From a bacterium (lineage in GTDB: Bacteria; Sysuimicrobiota; Sysuimicrobiia; Sysuimicrobiales; Kaftiobacteriaceae), in assembly GCA_044868695.1 (NCBI GenBank), contig JBIOWP010000108.1, positions 1 through 20,988 on the forward strand: a stretch of DNA of 20,988 bases, given 5' to 3'. A model generated the notes under the pieces. It did not search any database. It was not told the origin of the DNA and saw only the letters and a program-made list of their open reading frames with translations. Made by a program: the position numbers and the translations under genes. Shown piece after piece: positions 16,495 to 20,988 of the stretch (positions within the stretch are counted from its first letter, which is position 1; every line of letters starts with the position of its first letter).

Positions 16495-17598
16495 GTGGTC
16501 AAAGTGCGCGGCCTGGCGAAAACGTATCAAACGGAGCGCGGGATGCTCGCGGCGTGCGAGCAGGTGAGCTTCGACGTGGACGCCGGCCGGTTCTTCACCC
16601 TCCTCGGCCCGTCGGGATCCGGCAAGACCACGACCCTGCGCTGCATCGCCGGACTCGAGCGCCCGGACGAGGGCGAGATCGAGCTGGCCGGCGCCATCGT
16701 GTCCTCGCGGCAGGGCGGCGTCTTTGTTCCGCCCAACCAGCGGGACATCGGCATGGTGTTCCAGTCGTACGCTATCTGGCCGCACATGACCGTCTTCGAC
16801 AACGTCGCGTTCCCGCTGCGCGTCTCACCCTCCCGCCCATCGACGGTGGAACTGGCACGCCGCGTGTCGCAGGCGCTGGCGACCGTGCAGCTGGATAGCC
16901 TTCGGGACCGCCCCGCCACCAAGTTGAGCGGCGGCCAGCAGCAGCGCCTGGCGCTCGCCCGCGCGCTGGTGCGGGAACCCAAACTCCTGCTCCTGGATGA
17001 GCCCCTCTCGAATCTCGATGCCAAGCTGCGCGAGCAGATGCGACTCGAGCTGCGCCAGCTGCAGCGCACGCTGCGGATCACGACGATCTACGTCACCCAT
17101 GATCAGGTCGAGGCCCTCGCGATGTCCAACGTCGTCGCGGTGATGCACCAGGGCCGCATCATGCAGGTCGGGGCGCCGAGGGACATCTACGAGCGTCCGG
17201 TGAACCGCTTCGTCGCGGAATTCATCGGCTCCATGAACCTCATCCCCGGCCGGGTTGCCGCGGCCGAAGAGAGCGGCCTGGTGCGGGTGCAGACCCGGTA
17301 TGGGCCCATTACCTGCGCTGCGCCCCAGGATGGGCAGATCGGAAGCGACGTCTTGGTCTCCATCCGGCCGGAAGACATCACCGTCAGCGAAGGCGGACCC
17401 GATCAGGAGGGGTGGGACGCGACGATCGGACAGGTCGTCTTCTTGGGCGATTCGGTGGATTGCCGTCTGGATGTCGGGGACCTCGAGCTGCGGGCGCGCC
17501 TCCATCCCTCGTTCAAGATGCGGCGGGGGGAGCGGGTGCGGGTATCGTTCCGTGCCGACCGCTGCGCGGCTGTCCGCCTCGATGCGGAAGAAGCATGA
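16495..17598 (+). CDS. ABC transporter ATP-binding protein (FbpC/PotA-like)
   Basis: GTG at 16495 after GGAG. Motifs GPSGSGKT, VFQSYA, LSGGQQQR, LLLDEP and YVTHD. Confidence 0.95.
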   Translation: MVKVRGLAKTYQTERGMLAACEQVSFDVDAGRFFTLLGPSGSGKTTTLRCIAGLERPDEGEIELAGAIVSSRQGGVFVPPNQRDIGMVFQSYAIWPHMTVFDNVAFPLRVSPSRPSTVELARRVSQALATVQLDSLRDRPATKLSGGQQQRLALARALVREPKLLLLDEPLSNLDAKLREQMRLELRQLQRTLRITTIYVTHDQVEALAMSNVVAVMHQGRIMQVGAPRDIYERPVNRFVAEFIGSMNLIPGRVAAAEESGLVRVQTRYGPITCAAPQDGQIGSDVLVSIRPEDITVSEGGPDQEGWDATIGQVVFLGDSVDCRLDVGDLELRARLHPSFKMRRGERVRVSFRADRCAAVRLDAEEA

Positions 17599-18842
17599 AA
17601 GCCAGCGTCTCTCTCCCGTGGGCACGCATGCCCCGGCCCGACCGCACCAACGCGGGCATGTGGGCGATCGGCGTGGGGCACGCCACGACCCACTCGTACA
17701 CCGCGGCACTGTACCTCCTGCTCCCCTTCATCGCGCGCGACCTGGGCCTGACGTACAGCCAGATCGGGCTCATGCTGGCCGTGCGGCAGTTCATGAGCAC
17801 CGTCGTGAATCTGCCTGCCGGGATCATCGTGGACACCCTGGGGCACCGCACGGCATTCATGGCGTTCGCCCTGCTGGGGATGGCGGTGCCGTACGTGATC
17901 ATCGGCGCCACGTCGGCGTTCTGGCTCATGGTGCTGTGCAGCGCGCTGATGGGCCTCGCGTCATTTCTCTGGCATCCGGCCGCCATCACCTCCATCTCGG
18001 AGATGTATCCGGACCGTCGCGGGTACGGGCTCGCCGTGCACGAGCTCGGCGCCAACCTCGGCGATACCGTGACGCCGCTGATGACCGGAGTGCTGCTCGG
18101 CTATCTGAGCTGGCGGCAGGTCATCCCGGTGACCGCCGCCGGCGGCATACTCGTCGGCGCGATTGCGCTGCAGGCCGTCATGCGAGCCCGCCGCACGGTT
18201 GAAGCCGCGGCGGCTACCCGCCCGCGGGGCGGCTACCTGGCCGGGTTGCGGACACTGGTGCGGAACGCGAACCTGATGATCCTGGCGCTGGTCTCCGGCA
18301 TCCGCTCCTTCACGCAGCAGGGACTGCAGAGCTTCCTGCCGCTGTACCTGGTGAACGACCTGAAGGTGCCCGCCGTGCTCGTCGGATTCTACCTGTCGGT
18401 GGTGCAGGTCTCGGGGATGATCGCCACCCCGATCTCCGGCACGCTCTCGGACCGCATTGGGCCGAAGCGCGTCGCCACCGCCGGCATGTTCTCGACCAGC
18501 ATGGCGGTGGCCGTCTTCGCCGCGTTCCATCTCGGCGCAGCGTTTGTCGCCGCGCTGGCGCTGGTCGGGTTTTTCACGTACTCCATGCGCCCGGCGATCT
18601 TCCGCTGGGCGATCGGCGTAGTGCCGCGCCAGTATGAAGGCACGACCGTCGGGGCGCTGTTTACGACCCAGGCGCTGTTCTCGACGATGATGCCGCTCCT
18701 GGGAGGCCTGATCGCCGACCGCGCCGGACTGATTGCCGTCTTCTACCTGATCGCAGCCGCACTGATTGTCGGAAATCTGACGATGCTGGCGGTGCCCGAC
18801 CTGCGGCGTCCGGCTGCGGCTGGAGAGATCGCGGCAAAATGA
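17595..18842 (+). CDS. Major facilitator superfamily transporter
   Basis: ATGA overlap with the ATPase stop codon. About 12 hydrophobic segments and motif-A-like sequences GIIVDTLGHR and GTLSDRIGPKR. Confidence 0.9.
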   Translation: MKASVSLPWARMPRPDRTNAGMWAIGVGHATTHSYTAALYLLLPFIARDLGLTYSQIGLMLAVRQFMSTVVNLPAGIIVDTLGHRTAFMAFALLGMAVPYVIIGATSAFWLMVLCSALMGLASFLWHPAAITSISEMYPDRRGYGLAVHELGANLGDTVTPLMTGVLLGYLSWRQVIPVTAAGGILVGAIALQAVMRARRTVEAAAATRPRGGYLAGLRTLVRNANLMILALVSGIRSFTQQGLQSFLPLYLVNDLKVPAVLVGFYLSVVQVSGMIATPISGTLSDRIGPKRVATAGMFSTSMAVAVFAAFHLGAAFVAALALVGFFTYSMRPAIFRWAIGVVPRQYEGTTVGALFTTQALFSTMMPLLGGLIADRAGLIAVFYLIAAALIVGNLTMLAVPDLRRPAAAGEIAAK

Positions 18843-19486
18843 ACGCGACACGGGCAGCCGCCACGGCGTACAACCGCATCGCGGGCCAGAGTCTGGAGCG
18901 GCTCGCGGCACTGAGCGATGGCCTGTTCGCGATCGCGATGACACTGTTGGTGCTCGATATCCGCGCGCCCGCGATGGAATCCGTCCGCAGCGAGCGCGAT
19001 CTCTGGCTCGGCCTGGTCGCGCTCTCCCCGCGGCTGGTCATCTACTTGATGAGCTTCTTGACCCTCGGGATCTTTTGGGTCGGCCAGCAGACGCAGCTCA
19101 ACTACCTCACCCGCGGAGACCGCAACTTTGCTTGGATCCACATCGCGTTCCTGGCTGGGGTCGCGTTGATGCCGTTCTCGACGACCCTGCTGGCCGAGTT
19201 CATCACCTACCGCACCGCGCTGCTCACCTATTGGGTCAACATTCTGCTTCCGGGAATGACGCTGTACGCCGGATGGCGGTATGCGAGCCGGGCGGGGCTC
19301 GTGAAGGACGGCACGCCGGCGGAGGTCTCGACCGCCATCACACGCCGGATCCAGGTCGCCCAGGCGCTCTATGCCTTCGGCGCGTTATTGTGCATCATCA
19401 ACACCTACTGGAGCATCGGGTTCATCGTGCTCGTGCAGCTCAACTATGCCGCCGCGCCGCGGATCCGGGCCCGGTTTCACCTCTAG
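18839..19486 (+). CDS. TMEM175 family (DUF1211) membrane protein or putative K+ channel
   Basis: Signature ERLAALSDGLFAIAMTLLVLDI, YLMSFLTLGIFW and LMPFST, with about 6 transmembrane segments. ATGA overlap with the MFS gene. Confidence 0.88.
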   Translation: MNATRAAATAYNRIAGQSLERLAALSDGLFAIAMTLLVLDIRAPAMESVRSERDLWLGLVALSPRLVIYLMSFLTLGIFWVGQQTQLNYLTRGDRNFAWIHIAFLAGVALMPFSTTLLAEFITYRTALLTYWVNILLPGMTLYAGWRYASRAGLVKDGTPAEVSTAITRRIQVAQALYAFGALLCIINTYWSIGFIVLVQLNYAAAPRIRARFHL

Positions 19487-19497
19487 GAGGGAGACCA

Positions 19498-20331
19498 ATG
19501 GACGCGATTCGCCGAGTCGGCGTAATCGGCCTGGGGCGCATGGGCCTACCGATGGCGCGCCATCTGACGCGCGCCGGGTTTGAGGTCGGCGGATTCGACC
19601 CCAACCTGGCGCGCCTGACGGCGCTGGTCGACACCGGCGGTAAGGCGTTTCCCTCACCCGCCGCGCTGGCCCAGCACAGCGACGCCGTCCTCATCATCGT
19701 CGCCGACGACGCCCAGGTGGCCGAGGTCACCGTGCGACCTGGAGGCGTGCTCGAGGCGGCTCAACCCGGGACGGTGATCATCATCTCGAGTACGGTGAAA
19801 CCGTCCACCTGCAGGGAGGTGCTCGCGGGAGCCGTCCGCCACGGGATCGGCGTGCTGGATGCGCCGGTCGCGAAAGGCCAGCGGGCCGCGGAGGAGGGCA
19901 CGCTGACCATCTTCGCCGGCGGGCCGCGCGAACTGTTCGAGCGGTGCCGTCCGGTGTTCGAGGCCTTTGGCAAAGAGGTGCTGCATATCGACCAGCAGGT
20001 CGGCGCGGGCCAGATTGCCAAACTCGCCAACAATCTAATCCTGTGGGCCGGCGTGGTAGCCGTCCATGAGGCGCTCGCGCTGGCCGAACGGCTCGGGGTG
20101 TCCCCTGCGCGGCTGCGCATGGCGCTGCAGCACGGCAGCGCCGACAGCTATGCGCTGCGGGCGCTGCACCTGATCAACCTGACCTGGCCGCACAAGGACA
20201 TCGAGCAGGCGATGGACGTCGCCTCCGCGGCAGGCTACGACCTCCCGCTGACGAAGACCGTAGGCACACTCATTCGTGCGTTGACAAAAGAAGAACTCCG
20301 CCGGCTCAGCATGCCAGGAGGACAGGAATGA
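19498..20331 (+). CDS. NAD(P)-dependent beta-hydroxyacid dehydrogenase (3-hydroxyisobutyrate/tartronate semialdehyde reductase family)
   Basis: SD AGGAGG. Motifs VIGLGRMGLPMA, DAPV, and catalytic Lys in GQIAKLANN. Confidence 0.9.
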   Translation: MDAIRRVGVIGLGRMGLPMARHLTRAGFEVGGFDPNLARLTALVDTGGKAFPSPAALAQHSDAVLIIVADDAQVAEVTVRPGGVLEAAQPGTVIIISSTVKPSTCREVLAGAVRHGIGVLDAPVAKGQRAAEEGTLTIFAGGPRELFERCRPVFEAFGKEVLHIDQQVGAGQIAKLANNLILWAGVVAVHEALALAERLGVSPARLRMALQHGSADSYALRALHLINLTWPHKDIEQAMDVASAAGYDLPLTKTVGTLIRALTKEELRRLSMPGGQE

Positions 20332-20988
20332 CAGACCATCAGGGCGTGCGCGAGCAAGACGCGGCGAAGGCCGGGGGGTGGACCTCGCATGCCGAGTACG
20401 GCTCGGATCTGATCGTCGACCTCTTCAAGGCCTACGAGATCGAGTACGCGGCGCTCAACCCCGGCGCCACCTTCCGCGGCCTCCACGATTCGATCGTCAA
20501 CTACGGCGGCAATGTGATGCCCCAGATCATCCTCTGCAACCATGAGGAGATCGCCGTCGCCGTCGCCCAGGGGTATGGGAAGGCGGCGGGCCGGCCGATG
20601 GCCGCGATCGTCCACAACGTCGTCGGCCTCCTCCATGCCGCGATGGCCATCTACACCGCTTGGCTCGACCGCGCCCCCGTGCTGGTCATGGGCGGCACCG
20701 GCCCCATGGCGGTGGAAACGCGCCGGCCCTGGATCGACTGGATTCACACCGCGCTCGTCCAGGGAAACGCGATCCGGGATTACGTCAAGTGGGACGACCA
20801 GCCGGCGAGCCTGCAGGGCATCGTCGAATCGTTCATCCGAGGCTACCGCATCGCTACGACCGACCCGCTGGGACCGGTCTACCTCTGCTGGGACGCCGCC
20901 CTGCAGGAACAGCGGCTGGACTCTCCTGTGCCGGTTCCGGCGGTGGACCGCTTCGCGCCGCCGACCCGCGCACAAGCCGATCCGTCGG
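20328..20988 (+). CDS. Thiamine-diphosphate-dependent enzyme (acetolactate synthase/benzoylformate decarboxylase superfamily), truncated by the window end
   Basis: Absent from the ORF track because it has no stop codon in the window. Manual translation from ATG 20328 (ATGA overlap) gives ...YGSDLIVD...LNPGATFRGLHDSIVNY...CNHEEIAVAVAQGYGKAAGRP...RRPWIDWIHT...GPVYL, a PYR domain with the catalytic Glu. Confidence 0.9.
   Translation, partial: MTDHQGVREQDAAKAGGWTSHAEYGSDLIVDLFKAYEIEYAALNPGATFRGLHDSIVNYGGNVMPQIILCNHEEIAVAVAQGYGKAAGRPMAAIVHNVVGLLHAAMAIYTAWLDRAPVLVMGGTGPMAVETRRPWIDWIHTALVQGNAIRDYVKWDDQPASLQGIVESFIRGYRIATTDPLGPVYLCWDAALQEQRLDSPVPVPAVDRFAPPTRAQADPS

Overview
GC-rich, densely coding bacterial DNA with about 21 protein genes and no recognisable RNA gene, CRISPR array or transposase. 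The core is an apparent aromatic-acid catabolic island arranged as two divergent arms around an AT-rich promoter region at ~8350-8390. The left arm (minus strand) encodes a Rieske oxygenase alpha and beta pair, a 4,5-dihydroxyphthalate decarboxylase-like protein, and an ABC substrate-binding protein and permease. The right arm (plus strand) encodes two cupins, a second and different Rieske alpha/beta pair, an internally duplicated hypothetical protein, a Zn-dependent MDR dehydrogenase, a third cupin, a paralogous ABC transporter, an MFS transporter, a TMEM175-family channel, a beta-hydroxyacid dehydrogenase and a truncated ThDP-dependent enzyme. At the left edge, an unusual receiver (REC)-PHP/HisJ phosphatase fusion and an ABC ATPase are transcribed towards the left arm. 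No ferredoxin, reductase, DNA-binding regulator or classical intradiol/extradiol ring-cleavage enzyme is visible in the window. All product calls come from motif recognition by eye, without database searches.
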